Shown: in pieces, positions 28,297-37,787 of the stretch
Layout: each line of letters opens with the position of its first letter
Position numbering within the stretch: position 1 is the stretch's first letter
Source of the DNA: Planctomycetota bacterium
GTDB taxonomy: Bacteria; Planctomycetota; UBA1135; UBA2386
Assembly: GCA_965223545.1 (NCBI GenBank)
Contig: OZ245006.1
Location: 2,976,001-3,040,000 of the forward strand
Reading direction: 5' to 3'
Length of the DNA: 64,000 nt
Notes under the pieces: generated by a model
Database searches by the model: none
Told to the model about the DNA's origin: nothing
Seen by the model: the letters and a program-made list of their open reading frames with translations, nothing else
Position numbers and translations under genes: made by a program

Positions 28297-31200
28297 TCAT
28301 TCGATCCGATACGCGACCCAGAACGAGTCGATCGCGGGCGCGTGGCCGGCGACAGGATCGGCCTGCATCAACAATCGCCAGTTGAAGTAGCGCACGTCGC
28401 CGGGGCCAAAGGTCTCGGTCGGCGCTGCGAAGCGCGCCGTGAACGCCGGATCGGCGAGGTCGTTGAGGTCGGCCGTGTAGTCGGTGACGTTGCGGTTGTA
28501 GTAGTGGGTCCAGCCGTTGCGCACACCCTGTGGCAGTGGCCGGTCGTCGAACTTGCGCAGGTGCGCGTCGCCCGCCTTGAACGGATCCAGCGGGAAGTTG
28601 ATCGCGTCGGGCAGGTCGCCGTGCCCGTCCACCAGTGCCCGCCAGGGCTGCGGATCGACGGCGCCGGCACCGCGGAACTCGACGGCCACCGCCGTGCCGC
28701 GCACGATCTCGTCCGGCGCAAAATCGTGCCAGGCGAAGGTGAGGCTACCGCCGGTCGGCTGGCCCGCCGGGGCGTACGGACCCAGGCGAGGATCCCGCGG
28801 TGGAACACTCATGCGGTGCGGATCCGCGATGTCGACGAACCCCGACGTCGCCACCGACCGGCGCTTGATGAAGTCGGCCATGATCCACTGCACCGCGTTG
28901 TCTGCCGGCTGAGTGCTCTGCCCGGCCGGCGTGAAGCCACCGGAGGCGCGCTGCCAGCGCGCGCTCGCGGGGGAAACGGTGACCGGTGTGCCGGCGGGCG
29001 ACCCGCCGCCGGAATAGGCGCGAAACGCCGGCAAGCCCGACGACAGGACCGCGAGCGAGACCTGCCCCCCGTTGAGGCCGCGCGCGGTGTTGGAGGGGTA
29101 CATCCAGAAGTCGACGAGCAATGGCAACCCGATCGCACCGATGCTGCCGTCGGTGCGAGTGTCGGGTGGGGAGCCGGCGGCGAAGCTCTTCTCGTTCTGA
29201 TTGTTCCAAGCGCCGACGTTGATCGTCACACCCGCGGGGCCGTCGGCGGCCAACCGACCCCGCCCGGCCAAGAAGGGCGAGACGACGTAGGACTGGTAGA
29301 ACGACTTGTCGAGGTCCGAGCCGACGCCGCTGACACCACCCTGCACGCGGGCCGTTTCGTCGCGCCAGACGAAGTACGGCTCCTGCATCACCGGCAGCTC
29401 CAAGTACGAGTAGGGCTGCCCGGGCTGCTGCACGAGGTGCGCACCCGAGACCAACAACGGCTGGTCGACGAACCCGGCGTGCGGCAGCGGCGACGGCGCG
29501 GGGGAACCGACGACGTCGAGGTCGCGCGCGTAGTTGTCCGCGAACACGGTCCCGAGCCCGGAGAGATGCATCGACGGCAACGCGCTGAACGAGCCGACGC
29601 AGGGTTCCGGGCGCTTCTCCGCGTGGCCGAGGAACACGCTCGCCCGCTCGAACCGGTCGAACAGGACCGGAGCGCCGGTGAACATGCCCCAGTACAAACG
29701 CTCCACGTCCAGGTTCATGTCGTTGGGGTCGAAGCGACTGAGCGATAGATCGATCTCGCGCCACGCCATCTGCTGACGCGCGCCGAACGGATTCAGCGGA
29801 TTCTGGATCGGCTGGGCGAACCGGCTCCGCGCTGTCGGTGCCGCCACCTGCGGCTCGAAGCCGAGCGGCTCGGGGCAGTGCCGCAAGACACTGCTCTGCG
29901 GCGGCGACGGCGGCTGGTTGAGGTCGTCGACCACCTGGCGAATGCGCGCGGGCGGCCGCCCCATCAGCCGGCCATCGGCGCGGTGGACGACTGCACCGAA
30001 CAGGTCCTCCAGCGGGAAGCTCGCCGCGGTCAGCGGCGCGCCCTGCTGCTGGACTTCACCGGGCCGGTCGTACGAGGGCTGCTCGTCCTCGTCGAGGGCA
30101 GCGAACCGCCGCACCACGCTGGCGACCCGATTGTCGGGCGCCAGCGGCACCCCGCTCGGCGAGCTCCCGGTGTCCAGCGAGAACGGCACCACGACGTGGT
30201 TGCGCACGCTGAGCGAGTAGCCGAGATCGAGCTGCGCTCCAGAACGCCCCTGGATGCCACCAGCGCCACCGATCAGGTGGGCGAAGTAGCGAAACTGCTT
30301 GTTGGCGAACGGCACACCCTCGTCGGCCTGGCGCATCGCGTCATCCAAGTACAGCCCGAGCGGGGGCTGCAGCCGCCAGCGCGTGCCCGCGGCGTCGACT
30401 CGGGTCAGCCGCGCGGCGATCAGGTGTGGCGTGAAGTACTTGTCGACCGAGAACGCCGCCGGATCCATGTTGCGCGCCGCCACGAACTGCGCCTGTGCGG
30501 CGGGATCCAGCAGGTCACGCGTGCCGAGAAAGAAGGTGTCGAACGGACGCACCGACGGCGGCGCCACCGGCGCGCTGAAGCGGGCGGTCACGGTGACGAA
30601 GGGCGACAGGTTCTGGTTCGGCTCGCTGCCGCGCAGCGGCGCCGGGGCGAACTCGAAGAAATAGCGCGGGTCGTCGCCGTACACCGCACCGCTGGAGCTG
30701 CGCCGCTCTCCGGTAAACGGCGCGACCAGCTCCGCGCGCGGCGCGTTGGCGATCAGCCACGCCTGACCGGCCGCCGACCGCGGGTTGGCCGGATAGCCGG
30801 GCAGATGCCGCGGGTCCAGCCGCGCCAGCGCCGGGCTCGATGGTACCACCGCGCGCACGTGCTGCACTGCCGGCTGACCGGCGTCGTCGGTGGGGTCGAC
30901 GATGATCTCCGACACCAGCGCCGGAGCACTCGCGCCGCCGACATGGAACGCGACCACGTCCCCGGCATCGATCTCGTGCACGATGCCGGCCTTGTACACG
31001 GTCACCTGCATCGCCTCGGCCACCGGGTCGACGCGTTCGAGATAGAAGTCGAGCTCGCCGAGCAGGTGCACCGGCGCCGCACCCACCGGCGTCGGCGTCG
31101 TGCGGAGTGCGGCGATCTCGACCCCACCGGCCCGCAGCACGACCTCGCCCTCCGGCCAGCCGCCCACCGCCGTGATGCGCACGCCGCGCGCACCGCGAGC

Positions 31201-31665
31201 GACCACCCGCAGCGCGACGTCCCGGCCGTCGGCCGAAGCGTGCGCGCGGTAGTCCAGCGACGCACTGCCGTGGTCGAGCTCGATCGCCGCCGCCGCCGGC
31301 AGCTCGACGGCACCATCCAGCGCGATCTCGCTACAGCCGGCCCGCATCGCGACCAGGCAGCGCGCGAAGGCCTCGGTTTCCAACGCTGACGCCACCAGCA
31401 CGCGCGCCGCGGCGGTCGCCGGATTGCGCCCCGCGTAGACCGCACCCGGCGGCAGCTGCCAGCCGATCAACACGCACTCCGAGTGGAGAGCGCGCCGACC
31501 GGTCGCCGCGTCCTCGGTGTAGATGTCGGCGAGCTGTCCGGTGCGGGCCGTCTGCGCTTGAAACGCGGGCGGCGGCGACTGGGTGGACTCGCTGCGGCCT
31601 GAGCACGCGGCGAGCAGAAACGGAACGGTGGCCGCGGTGCGGAGCAAGGCGGGGAGTCGAGACAC
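28297..31665 (-). CDS. Large hypothetical lipoprotein (~1120 aa)
   Basis: Long ORF with protein-like composition; lipobox LLAAC after a hydrophobic leader; GTG start assumed at 31665. Confidence 0.65.
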   Translation of the reverse strand: MSRLPALLRTAATVPFLLAACSGRSESTQSPPPAFQAQTARTGQLADIYTEDAATGRRALHSECVLIGWQLPPGAVYAGRNPATAAARVLVASALETEAFARCLVAMRAGCSEIALDGAVELPAAAAIELDHGSASLDYRAHASADGRDVALRVVARGARGVRITAVGGWPEGEVVLRAGGVEIAALRTTPTPVGAAPVHLLGELDFYLERVDPVAEAMQVTVYKAGIVHEIDAGDVVAFHVGGASAPALVSEIIVDPTDDAGQPAVQHVRAVVPSSPALARLDPRHLPGYPANPRSAAGQAWLIANAPRAELVAPFTGERRSSSGAVYGDDPRYFFEFAPAPLRGSEPNQNLSPFVTVTARFSAPVAPPSVRPFDTFFLGTRDLLDPAAQAQFVAARNMDPAAFSVDKYFTPHLIAARLTRVDAAGTRWRLQPPLGLYLDDAMRQADEGVPFANKQFRYFAHLIGGAGGIQGRSGAQLDLGYSLSVRNHVVVPFSLDTGSSPSGVPLAPDNRVASVVRRFAALDEDEQPSYDRPGEVQQQGAPLTAASFPLEDLFGAVVHRADGRLMGRPPARIRQVVDDLNQPPSPPQSSVLRHCPEPLGFEPQVAAPTARSRFAQPIQNPLNPFGARQQMAWREIDLSLSRFDPNDMNLDVERLYWGMFTGAPVLFDRFERASVFLGHAEKRPEPCVGSFSALPSMHLSGLGTVFADNYARDLDVVGSPAPSPLPHAGFVDQPLLVSGAHLVQQPGQPYSYLELPVMQEPYFVWRDETARVQGGVSGVGSDLDKSFYQSYVVSPFLAGRGRLAADGPAGVTINVGAWNNQNEKSFAAGSPPDTRTDGSIGAIGLPLLVDFWMYPSNTARGLNGGQVSLAVLSSGLPAFRAYSGGGSPAGTPVTVSPASARWQRASGGFTPAGQSTQPADNAVQWIMADFIKRRSVATSGFVDIADPHRMSVPPRDPRLGPYAPAGQPTGGSLTFAWHDFAPDEIVRGTAVAVEFRGAGAVDPQPWRALVDGHGDLPDAINFPLDPFKAGDAHLRKFDDRPLPQGVRNGWTHYYNRNVTDYTADLNDLADPAFTARFAAPTETFGPGDVRYFNWRLLMQADPVAGHAPAIDSFWVAYRIE

Positions 31666-31833
31666 GACTGAACTCCGAGGTTGGGCGGACGGAGAAGCGC
31701 GAAGAGCGGCGGACCGGGGCCGACAGTAGCCGCCAACCCGCGCCGCGTAACACCCCCCGAGCACCTTCGGCTGCCGTGATCGGGAGGAACCCCGCAACGG
31801 GAGCGACGCTCGTTGACCTACAATGCACCGACG

Positions 31834-32655
31834 ATGCGGACTTCAAGGATCATCGCGTGCGCGGCGGCCGTAGGCTGGCTCGCGGTTCTACCCCTCGCCG
31901 CGCAGGACGGCGCCTGCACCACGCCAGAGATCGACGTCGAGCAGGATCTCGACGAGCTCAAGGCGGCGCTCAGAGACCGCAAGATGGAGCAGGACGATCG
32001 GGCCGTGCTCGCCATCCGGCGGCTGGCGGAAGCCTACGACGAGCTCGACAGCGGTGACCAGAAGAAGGTGCTCAAGGCGGTGGCCAAGACGTTCACCACC
32101 GGCAAACTGCGGCCGCCTGAAACCGCACTCTACCGCGCCACGGCAGACGCGCTGGCGGCGATGAGCGACGCCGGTGCCCGGCAGCTGATGCGGGTGCACG
32201 ACGGCAAGCGGTTCCCGTCCAAGCCGGAGTGGCTGTCGACCCGCGCGTTCCTTCTGCGCAAGCTGGGCGAGACGAAAACCGACTTGGCCAGCGATTATCT
32301 CACCGAACGGGTCGCCCGCGAGCACCAGGACATCGAGCTGGCCGCTGCCGGCGAGGCGCTGCGCCACTTCGCTCACGTCGACGAGCGCAAGCGCAAGGAG
32401 ATCGTCAAGGCGATCGTCGGCAAGCTGGGCGGGCTCGAGGCATCGGCGAGCCAGCAGGCCATTCCCGACCCCAACTCGCCGCAGTATCTCGCCAATGCGG
32501 CCGCGCAGCGCACACTCAACGCGGTGAAGCGGCCGTGGATCGAAACGCTGCAGGCGCTGACCGGCGAGAGCTTCGCCAACGGCACGCAGTGGCAGCAGTG
32601 GTACAACAAGAACAAGAGCCGGCGTTGGGACCCGCCGGCGCGCTCCAGCAAGTGA
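31834..32655 (+). CDS. Secreted alpha-helical (HEAT-like) hypothetical protein
   Basis: Signal peptide ending LAAQ; ends with ALTGESF...WQQWY, a motif common in planctomycete HEAT proteins. Confidence 0.65.
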   Translation: MRTSRIIACAAAVGWLAVLPLAAQDGACTTPEIDVEQDLDELKAALRDRKMEQDDRAVLAIRRLAEAYDELDSGDQKKVLKAVAKTFTTGKLRPPETALYRATADALAAMSDAGARQLMRVHDGKRFPSKPEWLSTRAFLLRKLGETKTDLASDYLTERVAREHQDIELAAAGEALRHFAHVDERKRKEIVKAIVGKLGGLEASASQQAIPDPNSPQYLANAAAQRTLNAVKRPWIETLQALTGESFANGTQWQQWYNKNKSRRWDPPARSSK

Positions 32656-33191
32656 AGGCGGCCGCACCACCCTCACCTTGGGTGGTCCAATGCGCCGCCG
32701 CGATCGCGCCGGGGGGCGCGGTGCTGGACGTCGCCGCGGGCGCCGGCCGCCACAGCCTCTGGCTTGCCGAGCGAGGCCACCGCGTCACCGCGATCGACCG
32801 CACGACCGACACGCTGAAGCGCGCGTTGCTCGAGCGGCCCCAGCTGCAGGTCGAGGTCGTCACCGCCGATCTCGAGTCCGCCCCCTGGCCGCTCGGCGAG
32901 CGCGCGTTCGACGCAGTCGTCGTCACCAATTACCTGTGGCGGCCGCTCCTCCCCCGACTGGCGGCCGCGATCGCCCCGGGCGGCATCGTGATCTACGAGA
33001 CCTTTGCCGTCGGCAACGAACAGCACGGCCGCCCGCGCAATCCCGAGTTCTTGGCCGGGCCCGACGAGCTGCACCAGGCCCTTGGCAAGGGCATGGAAGT
33101 GCTCGCCTGCGAGCAGGCGGACGTCTGCGCGCCGCGCCGGGCCGTGGTACAGCGCCTGTGTGGCCGCCGCCCACCCTCCGGCGAAGCGTGA
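32652..33191 (+). CDS. Class I SAM-dependent methyltransferase (TehB-like)
   Basis: LDVAAGAGRH, AIDR, ADLE, FDAVVVTNYLWR, PGG.VIYETF and PRNPEFL; GTGA coupling. Confidence 0.85.
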   Translation: MKAAAPPSPWVVQCAAAIAPGGAVLDVAAGAGRHSLWLAERGHRVTAIDRTTDTLKRALLERPQLQVEVVTADLESAPWPLGERAFDAVVVTNYLWRPLLPRLAAAIAPGGIVIYETFAVGNEQHGRPRNPEFLAGPDELHQALGKGMEVLACEQADVCAPRRAVVQRLCGRRPPSGEA

Positions 33192-33277
33192 TCGCGCGGC
33201 AGCGCGGAGGGGTAAACGAGTAAAAAAGCAGGCGATTGCTGCAACGCTGCCGCGCGGTAGCGGCCACATGCTGCGGA

Positions 33278-35806
33278 ATGCGCCCTCGCTCGGTCGATCG
33301 CCTGTTTCACCGTTTCGCCCAAGCGCGCGATCCCGCGCTGCTGGCCGCGGTGTTCGACGCGACCGCGCCGGACATCGCCCGGCTGGCGCGCTACCTCGCG
33401 CCGGACGCGACCAGTGCCGACGACCTGGTGCAGGCGACGTTCGTCACGGCGATCGAGTCGGCCGACCAGTACGACCCCGACCGCGAGCTGCTGCCCTGGC
33501 TGCTGGGGGTGCTGGCCAACCACGCACGCCACGCGCGGCGCCGCGCGCAGCGCGCCATCGATCCCGACCGCGTGCACCACGCAGCGACCACCGACCCCGG
33601 TGAAGCCGCGGGTCAGCGCGAGCTCGACGCCCTGCTCACCGCCGCGATCGACCGCCTCGGCGAACCCTACCGGCCGGTGCTGCGCCTGCATCTGCAGCAG
33701 GGCATGGCACCCGCCGAAATCGCGCGGGTGCTCGAACGCCCCGGGGCGACTGTGCGCGCGCAGATTGCCCGCGGCCTGGATCGAATCCGCGGCCTGCTGC
33801 CGCCGGCGATGACCGAGCCGCAGACCAAGACGGCACCGAGCCGCTCGCTCGAAGCGGTGCGCGCCGCGGTGTTGGCGCGCCTGTCGAGCACCGCAATGCA
33901 CAAAGCCGTCCCGATCCTGACCGGAGCCCTGCTCATGAAGACCATCGCCATCACGGGAGCGTCGGCCATCGCCCTGCTGCTCTTCCTCTGGCAACTGAAC
34001 TCCAATGCGACTCCGCCCGCCGCGACGGACACGGCAGTGCGCACGACGCAGGACCAGCCGGCGTCGACCGCCAGCGCCGGCGTCGATCGTGGCGAAACCG
34101 AGCGCACCGCGATCGCGACGCCGGCTGCCGCGACACCCGACCCGGCGACCTCTTCCGCGGCCGTCACTGCCGGCCGCCTTCGCGTCCGCGTCCGCCGGGA
34201 ACGAGACGGGTCGGTGGCTCCCGGAGTCGCCGTCGCCCTGCATCGGTTGGGAGCTGGCGCCGGGCTGTCCGACGAACCACAGGTGCTGGCCACGGGGGAC
34301 GACGGCGCCGCGTTGTTCGAGCAGCTCGAGCCGGGCACCTACTTCGCGCGGATGATGCAAAGCGACGTCGGCGGCCGAGGCGGCCGCGTCACCGCCGGCG
34401 ACGAGAGCGTCATCCAGCTCGAGCTGCCGCGCGGATTGACGGTCACCGGCACGGTGCAAGACGCCGCCGGTCGGCCGGTTCCCGGCGCGGCAGTTCTCGG
34501 CATGACGACGCGGCCGCCCCACGTGCTGGCACACAGCGGCCCCGCTGGCGAGTTTCGTCTGCACGACCTCGGGCCCGGCATGCCGCTGATGGCGCACGCG
34601 GCCGGGCGCGTTCCATCGCTGGTCCACCAGCTGCCGATGGCCGTTGGAGACAGCGTCGAAGGTGAAGCCGCCGTGGTCCTCACGGTCGGTGATGCCGGCC
34701 GCGAGGTGCGCGGTACAGTGCGCGCTGCGGTGACCGACGAACCGGTTGCCGACGCCCTGGTTGCGGTTCTCGATCCCGAGAGCACGCCGCGCACCGACGC
34801 AGCCGCACCGTGGCGCTCGCCGCTGTGGGTGCGCACCGACCGAGATGGGCGGTTCGTCTTCGAAGGCGTCTCGCTCGAGACCCAGTTGCTCGTCGCACAG
34901 GGTGCGGGAGCCGGTGCGCCGGGAGCCACGACCCTCGCCGCGGGCAATCATGCGGCCTATGCCGACATCCGCTTGCAAGAGCCCGCGACGGTCCTCGGCT
35001 CGGTGTTCGAGGACGGCGCGCCGCGCGCGCGCGTCACGGTCCTGCTCTGGGCAAGCGCACCGGATCAGAACTTCGGCATCGCCCTCAACAGCTTCGGCAT
35101 GCGGCGGCTGACCACCAACGCGGACGGACGTTTCGAGGCATCGGACCTGCTGCCGGGCGAGCACGAGGTCAAGGTCATCGGACGGCGCGGCAACCAGCTG
35201 CATCGCGAGCTGTTGCGGCTGGCCCCCGGCGCGCGCCAAGAGCTGTCGGTGCACATCGGGTCGGGTGCACCCCTGCACGTCCTGGTCCAGCCGGCAAGCC
35301 CGGGCACCGGCATGCCCTGGATGCTCATGCTGCACGGCGTCGACGCCGCCGGACAGCCAGTGATCGACATCCAACCCGTGCCGCTCTCGGGCCGGCTCGA
35401 GCTCCAGACCTCCGCCGTGCCCCATCGGCCACGCTCGGTGTCCCTGCAGCTGCGTCTCGGCGGAGCGCACTTCGTCGTCGTCACCGAGCACGTCGTGCCA
35501 CCCGGCGCCGCGGAGGTCGCGCTCGAGGTCGCGCCCGCGCGGCTTCCGTCCGCGCGACTCAACGCACGCCTGCTGACTGTCGACGGCCGCGCCGCAGGTG
35601 GAGCCCGCGTCCGACTGGTCGGTCCCGGCAGCTCGAGCAAGAGCCGGATCGGCGCGACCGCCGATGCGCAGGGGCACATCGACGTGGGCCCGCTGCCGCC
35701 CGGCGAATACCAGGTGATCGCCGCCGACGGCAACCACTTGCTGCGAACGGTCTCGCTGGTGCAAGACCGCACCGAGCACGCCGGGGACCTGCGACTTCCG
35801 CAGTGA
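33278..35806 (+). CDS. ECF sigma-70 factor fused to a TM helix and carboxypeptidase-regulatory-like (beta-sandwich) repeats
   Basis: Region 2 ADDLVQATF...PWLLGV and region 4 AEIARVLERPGATVRAQIARG. TM MKTIAITGASAIALLLFLW. Repeats VTGTVQDAAGRPVPGAAV, TDRDGRFVF and TNADGRF. Confidence 0.85.
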   Translation: MRPRSVDRLFHRFAQARDPALLAAVFDATAPDIARLARYLAPDATSADDLVQATFVTAIESADQYDPDRELLPWLLGVLANHARHARRRAQRAIDPDRVHHAATTDPGEAAGQRELDALLTAAIDRLGEPYRPVLRLHLQQGMAPAEIARVLERPGATVRAQIARGLDRIRGLLPPAMTEPQTKTAPSRSLEAVRAAVLARLSSTAMHKAVPILTGALLMKTIAITGASAIALLLFLWQLNSNATPPAATDTAVRTTQDQPASTASAGVDRGETERTAIATPAAATPDPATSSAAVTAGRLRVRVRRERDGSVAPGVAVALHRLGAGAGLSDEPQVLATGDDGAALFEQLEPGTYFARMMQSDVGGRGGRVTAGDESVIQLELPRGLTVTGTVQDAAGRPVPGAAVLGMTTRPPHVLAHSGPAGEFRLHDLGPGMPLMAHAAGRVPSLVHQLPMAVGDSVEGEAAVVLTVGDAGREVRGTVRAAVTDEPVADALVAVLDPESTPRTDAAAPWRSPLWVRTDRDGRFVFEGVSLETQLLVAQGAGAGAPGATTLAAGNHAAYADIRLQEPATVLGSVFEDGAPRARVTVLLWASAPDQNFGIALNSFGMRRLTTNADGRFEASDLLPGEHEVKVIGRRGNQLHRELLRLAPGARQELSVHIGSGAPLHVLVQPASPGTGMPWMLMLHGVDAAGQPVIDIQPVPLSGRLELQTSAVPHRPRSVSLQLRLGGAHFVVVTEHVVPPGAAEVALEVAPARLPSARLNARLLTVDGRAAGGARVRLVGPGSSSKSRIGATADAQGHIDVGPLPPGEYQVIAADGNHLLRTVSLVQDRTEHAGDLRLPQ

Positions 35807-35903
35807 GGAGCGCGCCGAGGAGGGGCACTCGGGGGAGTCCCCAGCCTGATTCTGGCCAGGGTCAGGGCCACAATCGCCCCTCCCTCCCTCTCGAAACGCC
35901 CCC

Positions 35904-37631
35904 ATGCAAAAGCAGCTGCTCCGTGCAGTCGCGCTCGCCGCGACCGCGATTCTCCCCGCCCAGGAGACCCTCGGGCCCTTCTACACGGTCACCGTGACCG
36001 GGCCGGTCTCCGACCGACAGTGGCAAGCGCTGGCGCGCTTCGACCCACTGACCTGCGGACGCCCACCGGCGGGCCGCCCGTTCGCCGTCCGGGTGCAGCA
36101 GCACCAGTTGTTCCAACTTGCCCAACTCGGGCTCGAGCTGAGCATCGACGGGGGGGCCGATGCGACTCCACCGGCGCCCGAGTACTACACGACAGCGGAA
36201 GTCGAGCAGGAGATCGACGCGCTGGCGAGCGCGTACCCGCAGCTGGCGGTCAAGATCGATCTCACCACCTGGCCGGGAGCCGCACGGACGCACGACGACA
36301 ACTCCATCTTCGCGCTGAAGGTCTCCGACAACGCCGCGGCCGACGAAGACGAGCCGGCGATCCTGCTGGCGGCGCAGCACCACGCGCGCGAGCTCAACAC
36401 CCCACACATGGTGATCCGGGCCATGCAGCGCACGCTCAGCGGCTACGGCACCGACCCCGCGCTGACCCAGCTGGTCGACGGCTACGAGGTCTACTTCGTG
36501 CCGACGGTCAACCCGGACGGCGTCGACCACGTTTGGTGCTGCGACAACTTCTGGCGCAAGAACCGCCGCAACAACGGCGGGGGCATCTACGGCGTCGATC
36601 TCAACCGCAACTTCCCGTTCTTGTGGACGTCGTCGTGCCAGGGATCGAACACGACCAGCAGTCAGACCTACCGCGGTCCTTCCGCCGCCAGCGAGCCAGA
36701 GACGCGGACGATGCGGGCCGCGGTCCAGCTGCTTCGCCCCGAGATCTACCTCGACTTCCACAGCTACGGCCGGGAGGTGCTGGCGCTGTATCCGCCCTGC
36801 GCCAGCGTGCAGACCCCGATCGCGCAGATGGGCGCGCACTACGCGGACGACCTGCGCGCACCGATGAGCTACGCGACGCGCGCACCGTCGGCGTCGGGTG
36901 AGGCCCCGCACGACCACTGGGCCGACGGCGGCACGCTGTCTTATCTGATCGAGGTCGGCACCGCATTCCAGCCGGCTTGGAGCGAGACCGTCAACGAAGA
37001 GGCGCGCGTCTGGCCCGGGGTCTACCGCGCACTGACGACTTGGCAGCCATCGGTGCGCGGCCACGTCCGCGATGCGGCGAGCGGTGCCCCGCTGGCCGCG
37101 GAGATCCACTACTCACCCGATCTCTACGACGAGGGCGAGCTGCACCGCAGTCGGGCACGGGACGGTCGCTACGCGCTGTGGATCCCCGAGAACCGCAACG
37201 TGCAGGTCACGTTCTCGGCGCCGGGCTACGACGACAGCACGCATGCACTGTCGATCGGACCGTACGGCAGCACCATCCCGCTGGAGGTATCGCTGGACGA
37301 GGCGACGCCCGCGACGGCAACCGTGGTGTTCGTGCAGTCGATCGCGGTCGGCACGCAGAAGGCAGGCCGCCGGCAGAAGCAGGCGCGCGCCAGGGTCACC
37401 GTGTACGACGACCTCGGGGCGCCGGTCGCCGGAGCGACGGTCACTGGCGACTTCACCGGCGACGTCACCGCGAACGGCGCCTCCGCCACGACCGACGCGA
37501 ACGGCGTCGCGACTGTGCTCAGCCCAGCGGTCTCCGGCAAGCTGCGCCGCTTCACCTTCTGCGTCACCGGCATCGCGGCCACTTTGCCGTACGCGCCGGC
37601 ACAGAACGCGCAGACCTGCAGCAGCCGGTAG
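35904..37631 (+). CDS. Secreted M14 zinc carboxypeptidase with C-terminal beta-sandwich domains
   Basis: HHARE, NPDG, WRKNRR, GVDLNRN, SEPET, DFHSY and IEVG. Confidence 0.9.
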   Translation: MQKQLLRAVALAATAILPAQETLGPFYTVTVTGPVSDRQWQALARFDPLTCGRPPAGRPFAVRVQQHQLFQLAQLGLELSIDGGADATPPAPEYYTTAEVEQEIDALASAYPQLAVKIDLTTWPGAARTHDDNSIFALKVSDNAAADEDEPAILLAAQHHARELNTPHMVIRAMQRTLSGYGTDPALTQLVDGYEVYFVPTVNPDGVDHVWCCDNFWRKNRRNNGGGIYGVDLNRNFPFLWTSSCQGSNTTSSQTYRGPSAASEPETRTMRAAVQLLRPEIYLDFHSYGREVLALYPPCASVQTPIAQMGAHYADDLRAPMSYATRAPSASGEAPHDHWADGGTLSYLIEVGTAFQPAWSETVNEEARVWPGVYRALTTWQPSVRGHVRDAASGAPLAAEIHYSPDLYDEGELHRSRARDGRYALWIPENRNVQVTFSAPGYDDSTHALSIGPYGSTIPLEVSLDEATPATATVVFVQSIAVGTQKAGRRQKQARARVTVYDDLGAPVAGATVTGDFTGDVTANGASATTDANGVATVLSPAVSGKLRRFTFCVTGIAATLPYAPAQNAQTCSSR

Positions 37632-37787
37632 GGCCACTGCCACGGCAGCCACCAGAGCACGGCGCGGGCTACGCAGAGCCCCGAGGGGGCAAACAGATAC
37701 GGGATCACCCGGGCTGGAGCACACGCAAAAGTGCGCGCCAACGGCCGCCGATATGTACGCGTGATCACTCCGACGAGGGCCATCGCG

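Noticed and set aside
32993..35905. 970-aa minus-strand ORF
   Set aside because: Antisense to the ECF sigma fusion; Arg/Gly-rich shadow composition.
37685..37740. GGCAAAC...ACGCAAA resembling a c-di-GMP-I riboswitch
   Set aside because: The spacing is too long, with no GNRA-capped stem or convincing second stem.
37726..37754. Sigma28-like GCCGATA boxes (also at 42602 and GTCGATA near 39623)
   Set aside because: The -35 matches and spacing are poor, the 42602 copy is better explained as the operator spacer, and chance matches are likely at this GC content.
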